This document shows positions 1-10,124 of a DNA stretch of 64,000 nucleotides, piece by piece. A program made the translations under genes and the position numbers. The stretch covers positions 512,001 to 576,000 of the forward strand of contig CAWGED010000005.1 of NCBI GenBank assembly GCA_963821525.1, read 5' to 3'. The notes below the pieces were generated by a model. It saw only the letters and a list, made by a program, of their open reading frames with translations, was not told where the DNA came from and did no database searches. The DNA comes from an uncultured Gemmatimonadales bacterium. Its GTDB lineage: Bacteria; Gemmatimonadota; Gemmatimonadetes; Gemmatimonadales; GWC2-71-9. How positions within the stretch are numbered: position 1 is the first letter of the stretch; every line of letters starts with the position of its first letter.

Positions 1-69
1 GCGCCGACCCGCCTGTTCCGGGGCCACAGCGGCAAGCTGGTGGCGGACAAGAAGGCCAAGGCGGAGTGA
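1..69 (+). CDS. rpsS: 30S ribosomal protein S19, 3' end (partial)
   Basis: Frame 1 reads APTRLFRGHSGKLVADKKAKAE*, the S19 C-terminal APTR..GH motif; lies upstream of L22. Confidence 0.9.
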   Translation, partial: APTRLFRGHSGKLVADKKAKAE

Positions 70-83
70 CCGGGCGCAGCCTG

Positions 84-109
84 GTCATCCCGAGCGCAGC
101 GAGGGATCT
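84..109. repeat. REP-like half element GTCATCCCGAGCGCAGCGAGGGATCT
   Basis: Near-identical to TCATCCCGAGCGAAGCGAGGGATCT at about 26688. Confidence 0.75.
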
Positions 110-127
110 GAGAGGAATAGACGACTG

Positions 128-489
128 ATGCCAACGAAGCCCAGGCGATCCAGCGGTGGGTCCGGCAGAGCCCGCGGAAGATGCGGCTGGTGGCCGATCT
201 CATTCGCGGCAAGAACGTGAACGAGGCCTACGCCATCCTCAAGTTCACCAAGAAGCTGGCGGCGAAGCAGATCGAGAAGACGCTGCGCTCGGCCGTGGCG
301 AACGCGGAGCAGCGGGCCCTCAAGGACAACGAGGCGCTCGACGTCGATACGCTGTTCGTCACCAAGGCCGTGATCAATATGGGCAAGCCGCTCAAGCGGT
401 TCAGCACCGCCGCGCAGGGGCGCGGTGTCCCGATCCGCAAGCGGACCAGCCATGTGGAGATCCACGTGGCCAGCAAGGAGATCGAGTAA
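128..489 (+). CDS. rplV: 50S ribosomal protein L22 (1-nt indel just after the start codon)
   Basis: [26 protein letters not shown]...[12 protein letters not shown] at 128 after GAGGA is one base out of frame (ATG CC AAC). Confidence 0.95.
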
Positions 490-1148
490 TGGGCCAGAAG
501 ACGCATCCGATCGGCCTGCGGCTGGGCATCGTCAAGCAGTGGAAGTCGCGCTGGTTCGCCGACAAGGAAATGCCGGCGCTGCTCAAGGAAGACGAGCTGA
601 TCCGGAAGTACCTCAAGGCCCGACTGGGCCACGCGGCGATCGCCGAGGTGCACATCGAGCGGCGGCCCGGCAAGGTGACCGTCACGGTGCACACCGGTCG
701 TCCCGGTGTCGTGATCGGCAAGCGGGGCGCCGAAGTGGACAAGCTGCGCGACGAGCTGGCCCAGCTCACCGGCAAGGAAGCGGCGATCAACGTCGAGGAG
801 ATCAAGCGGCCGGAGCTCTCGTCCCAGCTCGTGGCCGACAACATCGCGCACCAGCTGACCCAGCGGATTTCCTTCCGCCGGGCCATGAAGCGCGCGGTGC
901 AGAGCGCCATGCGGATGGGCGCCCAGGGCATCAAGGTTCGCGCGGCGGGCCGCCTGGGTGGCGCCGAAATCGCGCGCACCGAGGGCTATCGCGAGGGACG
1001 GGTGCCGCTCCATACCCTGCGAGCGGATGTGGACTACGCCACGAGCACGGCCAAGACGACCTACGGCACCATCGGCATCAAGGTGTGGATCTTCAAGGGT
1101 GAAGTGATCGAAGATCTGTCGGGCCGTACGTACAGCACGGGGAACTGA
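489..1148 (+). CDS. rpsC: 30S ribosomal protein S3
   Basis: [14 protein letters not shown]...[19 protein letters not shown] overlap with rplV. Confidence 0.98.
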   Translation: MGQKTHPIGLRLGIVKQWKSRWFADKEMPALLKEDELIRKYLKARLGHAAIAEVHIERRPGKVTVTVHTGRPGVVIGKRGAEVDKLRDELAQLTGKEAAINVEEIKRPELSSQLVADNIAHQLTQRISFRRAMKRAVQSAMRMGAQGIKVRAAGRLGGAEIARTEGYREGRVPLHTLRADVDYATSTAKTTYGTIGIKVWIFKGEVIEDLSGRTYSTGN

Positions 1149-1151
1149 CGC

Positions 1152-1565
1152 ATGCTGGCGCCCAAGAGAGTCAAGTTCCGGAAGATGTTCAAAGGCCGGA
1201 CCAGGGGTCTGGCCACCCGGGGGAACGCAGTCTCCTTCGGAGACTACGGCCTCATGTCCATGGAGCCGGGCTGGGTAAGCAACCGGCAGATCGAAGCCGC
1301 CCGCGTCGCGCTGACTCGCGAGATGAAGCGCGGTGGCAAGGTGTGGATCCGGGTCTTCCCGGATAAGCCGATCACCAAGAAGCCGGCCGAGACCCGCATG
1401 GGTAAGGGCAAGGGCAATCCCGAGGGTTGGGTCGCAGTGGTGAGGCCGGGCCGGATTCTGTTCGAGGTGGAAGGGGTGGACGAGACGCTGGCGAAGAAGT
1501 CGCTGGCGCTGGCCGCGGCGAAGCTGCCGGTGATCACCCGGTTCGTGCACCGCCAGGAGGACTGA
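1152..1565 (+). CDS. rplP: 50S ribosomal protein L16
   Basis: [11 protein letters not shown]...RMGKGKG. Confidence 0.98.
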   Translation: MLAPKRVKFRKMFKGRTRGLATRGNAVSFGDYGLMSMEPGWVSNRQIEAARVALTREMKRGGKVWIRVFPDKPITKKPAETRMGKGKGNPEGWVAVVRPGRILFEVEGVDETLAKKSLALAAAKLPVITRFVHRQED

Positions 1566-1566
1566 G

Positions 1567-1770
1567 ATGAAGTTGAACGAACGGGATCAGCTGAAGCAGC
1601 TGTCGGTCGAAGAGCTGCGCAACAAGCTGGCCGAGCTCACCGAGGAGCGGTTCCGGCTGCGGTTCCGGTCGGCCACCGAGTCGGTGGACAACCCGATGCG
1701 GTTCCGGAGCCTGAGGCGGGACATCGCGCGACTGAAGACGTTGCTGCGGGCCCGCGAGCTGGGCGAGTAG
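1567..1770 (+). CDS. rpmC: 50S ribosomal protein L29
   Basis: [11 protein letters not shown]...[17 protein letters not shown]; operon position. Confidence 0.95.
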   Translation: MKLNERDQLKQLSVEELRNKLAELTEERFRLRFRSATESVDNPMRFRSLRRDIARLKTLLRARELGE

Positions 1771-1856
1771 TTCGTTGTTCGACGGTTCGTCGGTTTGAAA
1801 GACGGACCGGTGGACATCGAACCAATAGATATCGAACCGACGGACTCGAACGACAA
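1771..1856. repeat. Degenerate inverted tandem-repeat hairpin (GTTCG.../...CGAAC units)
   Basis: TTCGTTGTTCGACGGTTCGTCGG ... ATCGAACC..ATCGAACCGACGGACTCGAACG; begins at the rpmC stop. Confidence 0.5.
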
Positions 1857-1863
1857 GGGCAAC

Positions 1864-2136
1864 ATGACCGAGACGACTGACACCACGACCCGCCAACGGC
1901 GGAAGACCCGCACCGGAGTCGTGACCAGCGACAAGATGACCAAGACCGTAACGGTCTCGATGGTGCGGCGGTTCGCGCACCCGGCCTACGGCAAGCAGCT
2001 CACCCGCACCAAGACGGTGAAGGCCCGCGATGAACAGGGGGCCAAGGTGGGTGATACGGTGCGCATCATGGAGACGCGTCCGCTCGCCAAGACGGTTCGC
2101 TGGCGGGTGGTAGAAATCATCGAGCGGGCGAAATAG
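1864..2136 (+). CDS. rpsQ: 30S ribosomal protein S17
   Basis: [17 protein letters not shown]...[16 protein letters not shown]. Confidence 0.96.
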   Translation: MTETTDTTTRQRRKTRTGVVTSDKMTKTVTVSMVRRFAHPAYGKQLTRTKTVKARDEQGAKVGDTVRIMETRPLAKTVRWRVVEIIERAK

Positions 2137-2138
2137 GC

Positions 2139-2257
2139 GCAGGGGCGACCCTCGTGGTCCTTACCAGCCCAGGTGTAGGGGCGACCCTTGTGGTCGCCTA
2201 GCAGGGGCGGGCACAAGGCCCGCCCGAACGGGGTAAGGGCGACCCTCGTGGTCGCCC
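2139..2257. repeat. Cluster of GTAG-type REP palindromes
   Basis: Three copies of G(C/T)A(G/A)GGGCGACCCTYGTGGTC(GCC) plus a related GGGCGGGCACAAGGCCCGCCC palindrome. Confidence 0.8.
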
Positions 2258-2269
2258 AAAGAGGAAGCC

Positions 2270-2638
2270 ATGGTTCAGCAAGAATCGATCGTCAAAGTCG
2301 CGGACAACTCCGGCGCCCGGAAGGCGCTGGTCATCCGGGTGCTGGGCGGCAGCAAGCGCCGCTACGCCGGGATCGGCGACACCGTGGTGGTGACCATCAA
2401 GGATGCGATCCCCACCGGCCAGGTGAAGAAGGGCGACGTGGCGAAGGCGGTTCTGGTTCGCACCGTGAAGGAGACCCGCCGGAAGGACGGCTCCTACATC
2501 CGGTTCGACGAGAACGCGGTGGTGCTGATCAACGAGCAGGGCGAGCCCCGCGCCACCCGTATCTTCGGACCCGTCGCGCGCGAGCTCCGCGAGAAGAAGT
2601 ACATGAAGATCGTCTCGCTGGCTCCGGAGGTGCTGTAG
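2270..2638 (+). CDS. rplN: 50S ribosomal protein L14
   Basis: VADNSGA...RFDENA...GPVARELR...[10 protein letters not shown]. Confidence 0.98.
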   Translation: MVQQESIVKVADNSGARKALVIRVLGGSKRRYAGIGDTVVVTIKDAIPTGQVKKGDVAKAVLVRTVKETRRKDGSYIRFDENAVVLINEQGEPRATRIFGPVARELREKKYMKIVSLAPEVL

Positions 2639-2639
2639 C

Positions 2640-3020
2640 ATGAAGCCGCTGGTTTACAAGAAGGCGAAGCGGGTCCGTCACAAGCCCGCCGTCCGTCAGA
2701 AGCTCCATATCGCCAAGGGCGACATGGTGCAGGTCATCTCCGGCGATGAGAAGGGAAAGCGCGGGAAGGTGCTGCACGTCTTTCCCCGCACCGGCCGGGT
2801 GACGATCGAAGGTGTGAACGTGGTGAAGCGTCACCGCCGCCAGACCCAGACGACTCAGGGCGGCATCGTGGAGTTCCCGGCGCCGATCCATCACTCGAAG
2901 GCGATGCTGATCGATCCCAAGTCCGGCGCACCGACCCGCATCCGCCGGCGGAAGGACGCCGACGGGACGCTGGAGCGGATCGCCGTGACGTCGGGACAGC
3001 CGATTTTGAGGAACCGGTAA
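2640..3020 (+). CDS. rplX: 50S ribosomal protein L24
   Basis: KOW motif [21 protein letters not shown]; basic N-terminal extension. Confidence 0.96.
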   Translation: MKPLVYKKAKRVRHKPAVRQKLHIAKGDMVQVISGDEKGKRGKVLHVFPRTGRVTIEGVNVVKRHRRQTQTTQGGIVEFPAPIHHSKAMLIDPKSGAPTRIRRRKDADGTLERIAVTSGQPILRNR

Positions 3021-3021
3021 G

Positions 3022-3714
3022 ATGGCGGAAACCAAAGAAAAGGCCGCGGAGAAGCCCGCAAAGAGCGGGAAGTCTCCCAAGGCCGAAGGCAAGGGGAAGG
3101 ACAAGGGCGCCGGGGCAGGCGCGACCGATCCGGCACCCAAGGCGGTCGAGGGGACGCCCCGGCTCAAGACCTACTACGACAAGGTCATCCGGCCGAACCT
3201 CGCAAAGGAGTTCGGGCTCACCAACACCCACCAGGTGCCCCGGATTCTCAAGGTGGTGCTGAACGTGGGCATGGGTGAAGCGGCGCGGACGCCCAAGATG
3301 CTCGACGCGGTGGTGGACGAGCTGGGAGTGATCACCGGCCAGAAGGCGACGATTCGCCGCTCCAAGAAGGCGATCGCGAACTTCAATCTGCGGGCGGGCT
3401 TGCCGGTCGGTGCGACGGTTACCCTGCGAGGCGCCCGGATGTACGAGTTCCTGGACCGCTTCATCAACATCGCGGTGCCCCGGATTCGCGACTTCCGCGG
3501 GCTGCCGAACAAGAGCTTCGATGGACGGGGGAACTACACCCTCGGCATCAAGGAGCAGATGATCTTCCCCGAGATCGACTTCGACAAGGTCGAGAAGATC
3601 CACGGGATGGACATCACGGTCGTAACCAACGCGGGCCGTGACGACCTGGCCATGTCGTTGCTGAGGGAGTTTGGCTGGCCGTTCCGGGGCGAGACGCCTC
3701 TGCGAGTAGCGTAG
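3022..3714 (+). CDS. rplE: 50S ribosomal protein L5
   Basis: VPRILKVVLNVGMG...PRIRDFRGL...FDGRGNY; roughly 45-aa K/A/G-rich N-terminal extension. Confidence 0.98.
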   Translation: MAETKEKAAEKPAKSGKSPKAEGKGKDKGAGAGATDPAPKAVEGTPRLKTYYDKVIRPNLAKEFGLTNTHQVPRILKVVLNVGMGEAARTPKMLDAVVDELGVITGQKATIRRSKKAIANFNLRAGLPVGATVTLRGARMYEFLDRFINIAVPRIRDFRGLPNKSFDGRGNYTLGIKEQMIFPEIDFDKVEKIHGMDITVVTNAGRDDLAMSLLREFGWPFRGETPLRVA

Positions 3715-3720
3715 GCCAAA

Positions 3721-3826
3721 AGCGTAAGCGGTAAGCAGTGAGCGGTGAGCGGGCTGTAGAAGAGAGTCAGGTCTTCGGGGTGTCAGGGCCGTCGGCCCGC
3801 TCACCGCTTACCGCTCACCGCTCACC
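3721..3826. repeat. Inverted heptamer array hairpin (GCGGTRA)n / (TYACCGC)n
   Basis: GCGGTAA GCAGTGA GCGGTGA GCGGGC ... GCCCGC TCACCGC TTACCGC TCACCGC TCACC. Confidence 0.85.
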
Positions 3827-3852
3827 TGACACGGAGCAGTAGGAGAAGCCGA

Positions 3853-4038
3853 ATGGCAAAAACCTGTTGGATTGAGCGGGCCAAGCGTACACCGAAATTC
3901 AAGGTACGGGCCGTCCGTCGCTGCCAGCGCTGTGGGCGCTCGCGCGCGACACTGCGGAAGTTCGGCCTGTGCCGCATCTGTTTCCGAGAGCTCGCGCTCC
4001 GCGGGGAGATCCCCGGGGTTCGCAAGGCCAGCTGGTAG
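3853..4038 (+). CDS. rpsZ: 30S ribosomal protein S14, type Z (zinc-binding)
   Basis: 61 aa; CQRC...[15 protein letters not shown]. Confidence 0.96.
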   Translation: MAKTCWIERAKRTPKFKVRAVRRCQRCGRSRATLRKFGLCRICFRELALRGEIPGVRKASW

Positions 4039-4053
4039 GAGAGGACCTGACGC

Positions 4054-4449
4054 ATGAGCATGACTGATCCCCTGGCGGACATGTTGACCCGCATCCGGAA
4101 CGCCTGCGCGGCAGGCCACCGGCGCGTGGACATCCCGGTCTCCAAGCTGAAGAGCGAGCTGGCGCGGCTGCTGCGCGACAACCATTACATCGCGGACTTC
4201 AAGATCCTCGACGATGGCTCGCACGGTGTCCTGCGGCTCTATCTCAAATACCACGATGAGCAGCCGGTCATCCGGGAGTTGCGCCGAGTCTCGACGCCCG
4301 GACTCCGCCGCTACGTGAAGTCGCGTGAGATCCCGCGGGTCAAGAATGGCCTCGGCATGGCCATCGTCTCGACCCCCAAGGGGCTGATGTCCGATCGGGA
4401 TGCCCGATCGGCCAACCTTGGCGGCGAGCTGCTCGCCCTCGTCTGGTAA
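4054..4449 (+). CDS. rpsH: 30S ribosomal protein S8
   Basis: MTDPLADMLTRIRNA...STPGLRRY...GGELLALVW. Confidence 0.98.
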   Translation: MSMTDPLADMLTRIRNACAAGHRRVDIPVSKLKSELARLLRDNHYIADFKILDDGSHGVLRLYLKYHDEQPVIRELRRVSTPGLRRYVKSREIPRVKNGLGMAIVSTPKGLMSDRDARSANLGGELLALVW

Positions 4450-4455
4450 GCGACC

Positions 4456-4995
4456 ATGTCCCGAATCGGCAAAAAGCCCGTCGCGGTGCCCAAGGGCGTC
4501 ACGGTGACGCTCAGCGGCAACTCCGTGTCGGTAAAGGGGCCCAAGGGTGAACTGGCCCGCACCTTCCATCCCGAGATGACGCTGGCGATGGAAGGAGACA
4601 ACGTCACCGTCTCCCGTCCCAGCGACGAGACCCGGCACAAGGCACTGCACGGCCTCTCGCGCACCCTGCTCGCCAACATGGTGGAAGGGGTGACGAAGGG
4701 GTACAAGAAGACGCTGGAGATCCAGGGCGTCGGCTACAAGGCCGAGACCAAGCCCTTCGGTCTCCAGTTGAGCCTGGGCTTCTCCCACCCGGTGCAGTAC
4801 AAGGCGCCGGCCGGGATCAAGTTCGCGGTCGAGAACAACACGGTGGTGAAGATCGAAGGCGCCGACAAGGAAATGGTCGGCCAGGTCGCCGCCGAGCTGC
4901 GTAACATGCGTCCGCCCGAGCCTTACAAAGGCAAGGGCATCCGGTACCAGGGCGAGCAGGTTCGCCGCAAGGCCGGCAAGACAGGAGCGAAGTAA
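4456..4995 (+). CDS. rplF: 50S ribosomal protein L6
   Basis: MSRIGKKP...[12 protein letters not shown]. Confidence 0.98.
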   Translation: MSRIGKKPVAVPKGVTVTLSGNSVSVKGPKGELARTFHPEMTLAMEGDNVTVSRPSDETRHKALHGLSRTLLANMVEGVTKGYKKTLEIQGVGYKAETKPFGLQLSLGFSHPVQYKAPAGIKFAVENNTVVKIEGADKEMVGQVAAELRNMRPPEPYKGKGIRYQGEQVRRKAGKTGAK

Positions 4996-4997
4996 TC

Positions 4998-5369
4998 ATG
5001 CGCGCGATCAAGTCGCCCTCCACGCGGCAGGAGCTGCGTTACCGCCGTCACCTGCGGGTGCGGAAGAAGGTGACCGGCACGGCCGGGCGTCCCCGCCTCG
5101 TCGTGTTCCGTTCACTGAAGCACATCTATGCCCAGCTGGTCGATGACGACCGCGGGATCTGCATCCTCGGCGTGAGCGATCTGAGCGACGGCGTGAAGGC
5201 TGATGGCGCCGGCAAGGTGGGCAAGGGCAAGGCTGTCGGCAAAGCCCTGGCGGAGAAGGCCAAGGCCGCGGGAGTGAGCAAGGTGGTCTTCGACCGGGCA
5301 GGTTACCGTTATCATGGCCGCGTCAAGGCGGTTGCCGAAGGCGCGCGCGAAGCCGGACTGGAGTTCTAA
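4998..5369 (+). CDS. rplR: 50S ribosomal protein L18
   Basis: [16 protein letters not shown]...[12 protein letters not shown]...GLEF. Confidence 0.98.
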   Translation: MRAIKSPSTRQELRYRRHLRVRKKVTGTAGRPRLVVFRSLKHIYAQLVDDDRGICILGVSDLSDGVKADGAGKVGKGKAVGKALAEKAKAAGVSKVVFDRAGYRYHGRVKAVAEGAREAGLEF

Positions 5370-5371
5370 GC

Positions 5372-6034
5372 ATGGCAGATCAGGAACAGGCAGCGGCGCC
5401 GGGCGCCGAGACACCCGCGAGTCCCCCGACTGGTGAAGCGCCGGCCGGGCGGGGCCGGGGCCGTGGTCGTGGTCGTGGTGGCGAGCGCGGCGGCAAGCGC
5501 GATCGGGACCGGGACCGTGAGCGCGAGCACAGCGAGTTCGTCGAGAACGTGGTCGCGATCAACCGGGTGGCGAAGGTCGTCAAGGGCGGCCGGCGCTTCT
5601 CGTTCAACGCTCTGGTCGCCGTCGGCGATGGCAAGGGCAAGGTCGGCATCGCAACCGGCAAGGCGAACGAAGTCTCGGAAGCGGTGCGCAAGGCGGTTGA
5701 TGCCGCCAAGCGGTCGATGATCGAGCTGCCCCGGATCGGCGCCACGATTCCGCACGAGGTCGTGGGTCGCCACGGAGCCGGTCGGGTGCTGCTCAAGCCC
5801 GCAGCGAGCGGAACCGGAGTCATCGCCGGTGGTCCGGTGCGCGCGGTGCTCGAGTGCGCCGGGATCACCGACATCCTGACCAAGAGCCTGGGCTCCAATA
5901 ATCCGCACAACATGGTGCGGGCGACCATGCAGGGACTTTCCAGTCTGGTCACGGTGCGCCAGATCGCACGGGAACGCGGGATCGAGGTGGATTCAATTCC
6001 CTACCGTGCCCCGCAGGAGGTAACCCGTGGGTAG
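5372..6034 (+). CDS. rpsE: 30S ribosomal protein S5
   Basis: [16 protein letters not shown]...[12 protein letters not shown]-rich N-terminal extension. Confidence 0.98.
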   Translation: MADQEQAAAPGAETPASPPTGEAPAGRGRGRGRGRGGERGGKRDRDRDREREHSEFVENVVAINRVAKVVKGGRRFSFNALVAVGDGKGKVGIATGKANEVSEAVRKAVDAAKRSMIELPRIGATIPHEVVGRHGAGRVLLKPAASGTGVIAGGPVRAVLECAGITDILTKSLGSNNPHNMVRATMQGLSSLVTVRQIARERGIEVDSIPYRAPQEVTRG

Positions 6035-6287
6035 GAATCCAGCTGTCGGCCGGCAGGGTCCGGCCCATCACGAGGCGAAGATTCCCGGCGAGAAGGCCGC
6101 CAAGGTCCTCGAGGTGAAGCAGATTCGCTCGGTGATCGGACGTCCGGAGACCATGCGGAGAACGCTCGCGGCCCTGGGGCTGCGGCATCACCAGCAGACG
6201 GTGAAGGTGCCGAACAACGCCTCGATCCGGGGTATGCTGTTCAAGGTGCGTCACATGGTGACCGTGGCGCCGGCGGAGAAGAACTGA
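6027..6287 (+). CDS. rpmD: 50S ribosomal protein L30
   Basis: VKQIRSVIG...TLAALGL...[15 protein letters not shown] start after AGGAGG. Confidence 0.93.
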   Translation: MGRNPAVGRQGPAHHEAKIPGEKAAKVLEVKQIRSVIGRPETMRRTLAALGLRHHQQTVKVPNNASIRGMLFKVRHMVTVAPAEKN

Positions 6288-6745
6288 TGAACGACGAGAC
6301 CAAGCGGATTTCGCTTTCCACTCTGTCTCCGGCTCGCGGCTCGCGCACGGCGCGGAAGCGGGTGGGACGGGGACCCGGCTCCGGCCTCGGCAAGACGTCG
6401 GGCAAGGGCAACAAGGGTCATAAGGCCCGCACCGGCGGCGGCACCAATCCTGGCTTCGAAGGCGGCCAGATGCCGATGTATCGGCGGCTGCCAAAGCGGG
6501 GCTTCACCAACCCGTTCAAGGTGGTGGCCCAGCCGGTCAACGTGAAGCATCTGGAGAAGCTCGCCGCGGCCGAGGTCAATCCTGATACGTTGTTTGCAGC
6601 CGGCCTGATCGCCAAGCGGGACGTAGCGGTGAAGCTGCTGGGTACCGGGGACATCAACCGGGCCTATACCGTCAGCGGCATCGCGCTCTCGGCTTCGGCC
6701 CGCGGCAAGATCGAGAAGGCCGGCGGGAAGATCGAAGAGGCATGA
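6287..6745 (+). CDS. rplO: 50S ribosomal protein L15
   Basis: RVGRGPGSGLGKT...FEGGQMP..RRLPKRGF. Confidence 0.98.
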   Translation: MNDETKRISLSTLSPARGSRTARKRVGRGPGSGLGKTSGKGNKGHKARTGGGTNPGFEGGQMPMYRRLPKRGFTNPFKVVAQPVNVKHLEKLAAAEVNPDTLFAAGLIAKRDVAVKLLGTGDINRAYTVSGIALSASARGKIEKAGGKIEEA

Positions 6746-8052
6746 CCGCACCACGCCCAAGCCTCGGACTGGATCCCGAGCTGCAGCGGAAACTCGGCTT
6801 CACCCTCCTTTGCCTGGTCATCTACCGGGTCGGCGCGCACATCGTCGCCCCCGGTGTCAACGTCCAGGCGCTGGCCGATTTCATTCAGAATTCGGCCGCG
6901 GCCGGCTTCTTCGGACTCTACGATACCCTGGGTGGCGGCCTGTCCCGCGCGACGGTGTTCGCGCTGGGCATCATGCCCTACATCTCGGCCTCCATCATCT
7001 TCCAGCTGGCGGGTGGTATCGTGCCGTCGGTCGGCAAGATGCAGAAGGACGAGGAGGGGAAGAAGAAGCTCACCCAGTGGACCCGGTATCTCACGGTCTT
7101 CATCGCGCTGTCCCAGGCCTACACCTTCACGCTGTTCACCGAGTCCATCCCGGGTGCCGTTCCGGCGCCCACCTTCTGGACTCGCCTCACGATGGTCGTC
7201 GTGCTCACGACGGGCGCCGTCTTCGTGATGTGGCTGGGTGAGCAGATCACGGAGCGGGGCATCGGTAACGGGATGAGTCTCTTGATCACGTTCTCGATTC
7301 TCGACCGGTTGTGGCCCGGGATGGTGAACGCGGTCCAGTTCTGGAAGTCGGGCGCCCTGACGCTGCCCAAGATCGTCCTGTTCGCGGCGATCCTGGTTGC
7401 GGTCACGGCTGCCGTCGTGGGAATGACCATCGCCGCACGACGGATTCCGGTCCAAATCCCGAGGAAGGTGATGGGGCGCGGTCGGATGACCCAGGGCCAG
7501 AAGACCTTCATCCCGATCCGGCTGATCACCGCCGGCGTGATGCCGATCATCTTCGCCCAGACGATCATCATCGTCCCCGGCACGCTGGCCAGCTTCACCA
7601 AGAACGAGTGGCTGCGCTCGATTGCCGATTTCTTCACCCCGGGCGAGCTGCCCTACGACTTGACCTTCGCGGTCATGATCCTGCTCTTCAGCTACTTCTA
7701 CACGTCCATCATCTTCAACTCGGTGGACCTGGCGGAGAACTTGAAGAAGCAGGGCGGGTTCATTCCGGGCGTGAAGCCGGGTTCCAGCACCGCCGATTAC
7801 ATCGACACGGTGCTGGCGCGGGTGACGCTGCCGGGAGCTCTGTTCCTGGCCTTGATCGCCCTGGTTCCGAGCTTCCTCACCAAGCAGCTGGGCTTCCAGC
7901 AGCAGTTCGGCTCGACCTCGGTCCTGATCGTGGTCGGCGTGCTGCTCGACACTCTGGCCCAGATCGAACAGCACCGGACTCTGCGGAAGTACGACAGCTT
8001 CATGAAGAGCGGACGCATCAAGTTCCGAGGGCGGCAACAGCGGTACATGTAG
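6742..8052 (+). CDS. secY: Preprotein translocase subunit SecY
   Basis: FALGIMPYISASII, GIGNGMSL, GGFIPGVKPG, TSVLIVVGV. Confidence 0.98.
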   Translation: MTAPRPSLGLDPELQRKLGFTLLCLVIYRVGAHIVAPGVNVQALADFIQNSAAAGFFGLYDTLGGGLSRATVFALGIMPYISASIIFQLAGGIVPSVGKMQKDEEGKKKLTQWTRYLTVFIALSQAYTFTLFTESIPGAVPAPTFWTRLTMVVVLTTGAVFVMWLGEQITERGIGNGMSLLITFSILDRLWPGMVNAVQFWKSGALTLPKIVLFAAILVAVTAAVVGMTIAARRIPVQIPRKVMGRGRMTQGQKTFIPIRLITAGVMPIIFAQTIIIVPGTLASFTKNEWLRSIADFFTPGELPYDLTFAVMILLFSYFYTSIIFNSVDLAENLKKQGGFIPGVKPGSSTADYIDTVLARVTLPGALFLALIALVPSFLTKQLGFQQQFGSTSVLIVVGVLLDTLAQIEQHRTLRKYDSFMKSGRIKFRGRQQRYM

Positions 8053-8061
8053 GGGCGGGGA

Positions 8062-8120
8062 AGCGAGCGGTGATCGGCATGCGCCTTCGCCGGGCATGTG
8101 TCGCTCACCGCTCACCGCTT
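8062..8120. repeat. Inverted heptamer hairpin of the TCACCGC family
   Basis: GAGCGGTGA ... TCGCTCACCGCTCACCGC; same unit as 3721-3826. Confidence 0.65.
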
Positions 8121-8147
8121 CTGGCACTGAGCAAAGGACTGTCCGGC

Positions 8148-8573
8148 ATGATGAACCTGGTCGGTCGCGGAATGACGATCGCCGCTCTTGCCACCACCGT
8201 CTGGACCACCTTGGCCGCCGGTTGCAAGGGCACCGAGCCCAATGAGCGACCAGTGGAAACGGGTGCGGCTATCCTGCTTAATCTGGATGGACGGCGGATT
8301 GTCCGAGTAGACGCTTCCGGGCGGGATACTACGACACTCCTCGATGACCCCACTGCCCAGTACCTGGGATTGAATCCGGCGCCGGATGGCAGCGTTATTC
8401 TGTTGAATCTGCTATCGGGCGGTAGCACAGTTCCCGGGCCTCTGTATCAGGTCTTTCCCGACGGCCATGGTCTCGCGCCCTTTTCCGGTCCTGGCGACAA
8501 CGCAATCTGGTCGCCCGCCGACGGACTGAGGACTGACTGTCGCCGATTACGGAAGTGGGCCCTCAGTCTCTGA
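8148..8573 (+). pseudogene. Probably truncated lipoprotein (TolB/PD40-like propeller start)
   Basis: Signal peptide with lipobox LAAG-C; homology-like sequence ends at NAIWSPADG where a GGACTGA repeat begins. Confidence 0.45.
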
Positions 8574-8670
8574 TCGTGGACCTTACCGGCGCGGAGTACA
8601 CCTCCCGCCGGAGTTGGATGCCGACGCCGAGGACTTCCTCTCGTCACGACGGTCCTCAGTCCTTAGTCCT
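8523..8670. repeat. Inverted heptamer element GGACTGA / TCAGTCC
   Basis: GGACTGAGGACTGA ... TCCTCAGTCCTTAGTCCT. Confidence 0.6.
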
Positions 8671-8700
8671 TTACCTCGTCTCACTCGTGAGCGTACCGAC

Positions 8701-9264
8701 ATGGACATCCTCCTCCTTGGCCCTCCGGGCGCCGGCAAAGGCACACAGGGCGCGTTGCTCGCCGAGCGTCTCGGCCTGCCCAAGTTTGCCACCGGTGATC
8801 TGCTGCGCGACGCGGTGAAGCGGGCGACCCCGGTCGGCCTCAAGGCGAAGGCCGTGATGGAAGCCGGCCACCTGGTGAATGACGAGATCATCATGGGGGT
8901 GGTCCGGGACGAACTGGCCAAGCCGGAAGCGGGGAAGGGTGTAATCTTCGACGGTGTGGTCCGGACCGTTCCTCAGGCCGAGGGGGTCACCGCCCTGCTC
9001 GGCGAGAAGAGTCGCAAGATCGATTTCGCATTGTTCTTCGACGTGTCGGACGCGGAGATCCTCGGCCGGCTGGCCAAGCGGCGCACGCTGGAGCACCGGG
9101 CCGATGACGACCCCAAGGCGGTCGCCACGAGGCTCGAGGCCTACCGGGCCCAGACGGCGCCGGTGCTGGATTGGTACCGGAAGAACGGCGCCCTGCACAC
9201 CATCCAGGCGGTGGGATCGGTGCAGGAAATTTCGGATCGGGTCAGGGAGGTGCTTGGGAAATGA
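8701..9264 (+). CDS. adk: Adenylate kinase (short LID)
   Basis: LLGPPGAGKGTQ, TGDLLR, FDGVVRT, RADD. Confidence 0.96.
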   Translation: MDILLLGPPGAGKGTQGALLAERLGLPKFATGDLLRDAVKRATPVGLKAKAVMEAGHLVNDEIIMGVVRDELAKPEAGKGVIFDGVVRTVPQAEGVTALLGEKSRKIDFALFFDVSDAEILGRLAKRRTLEHRADDDPKAVATRLEAYRAQTAPVLDWYRKNGALHTIQAVGSVQEISDRVREVLGK

Positions 9265-9265
9265 G

Positions 9266-9350
9266 TGAAATTGAAAATTGAAAATTGATAATTGAAAATT
9301 TGAAGAGCTGTTCAATCTTCAATTTGCAATTTTCAATCTTCAATTCTTCA
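9266..9350. repeat. AT-rich inverted heptamer array (AATTGAA)n / (TTCAATY)n
   Basis: GAAATTGAAAATTGAAAATTGATAATTGAAAATT ... TTCAATCTTCAATTTGCAATTTTCAATCTTCAATT. Confidence 0.9.
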
Positions 9351-9367
9351 CGTGTCGGCAGATACTG

Positions 9368-10117
9368 ATGATTACCATCAAGTCTCCCCGGGAAATCGAA
9401 ATCATGGCGCGAGCCGGGCACATCGTGGCCCAGACCCTCGCCCTGATGCACGAGAGTGTCCGGCCGGGAATCAGCACCGGGGAGCTGGACGGGATCGCCG
9501 AGCGTTTCATCCGCAGTCACCCGGGGGCCAAGCCGTCCTTCAAGGGCCTCTACGGGTTCCCCAAGACGCTGTGTACTTCGATCAACGAAGAGATCGTGCA
9601 CGGCATCCCCAGCGCCAAGCGCGTCCTGCACGAGGGGAACATCGTCAGCGTCGATGTGGGCGTATTCCTCGAAGGGCTCCACGCCGACTCGGCGACGACC
9701 ATTCCGGTCGGGGAAATAGCCCCTGAAACCGCACGGCTGCTCAAGGTGACCCAGGAGTGCCTGGCCGCCGGCATCGCCGCCGCCAAGCTGGGCAATCATG
9801 TGGGAGACATCGGCCACGCCGTCCAGCAGGTCGCGGAGGGCGCCGGGTTCGGTGTGGTGCGGGAGCTGGTGGGCCACGGCATCGGCACCCAGTTCCACGA
9901 GGAACCCCAGGTGCCGAACCACGGGCAGCCCAAGCGGGGGCCGCGTCTCACCGAAGGGATGACCATCGCGATCGAGCCGATGATCACGATGGGCCACTAC
10001 GCCACCAGGACACTTCCTGACCGCTGGACCGTAGTGACAACGGATGGCAGCCTCTCAGCCCACTTCGAGCACACCGTCGCGATCGGCCAGAACGGAGCGA
10101 GAGTCCTCACGGCATAG
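9368..10117 (+). CDS. map: Methionine aminopeptidase type I
   Basis: SINEEIVHGIP, GHGIG..FHEEP, AIEPM, SAHFEHT. Confidence 0.98.
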   Translation: MITIKSPREIEIMARAGHIVAQTLALMHESVRPGISTGELDGIAERFIRSHPGAKPSFKGLYGFPKTLCTSINEEIVHGIPSAKRVLHEGNIVSVDVGVFLEGLHADSATTIPVGEIAPETARLLKVTQECLAAGIAAAKLGNHVGDIGHAVQQVAEGAGFGVVRELVGHGIGTQFHEEPQVPNHGQPKRGPRLTEGMTIAIEPMITMGHYATRTLPDRWTVVTTDGSLSAHFEHTVAIGQNGARVLTA

Positions 10118-10124
10118 CCGCCGG

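Noticed and set aside
2139..2257. Mini CRISPR array
   Set aside because: Copies are degenerate with irregular short gaps; the pattern fits REP palindromes
5441..5530. Tandem GGCCGG/GACCGG repeats in rpsE
   Set aside because: Coding low-complexity RG/RD tract, not an inverted element
85..8127. Long antisense ORFs over the ribosomal operon, with similar ones throughout the window
   Set aside because: Shadow ORFs expected from high GC3; no protein motifs
7311..8147. 420-aa ORF overlapping secY
   Set aside because: Only the part from 8148 looks like a protein
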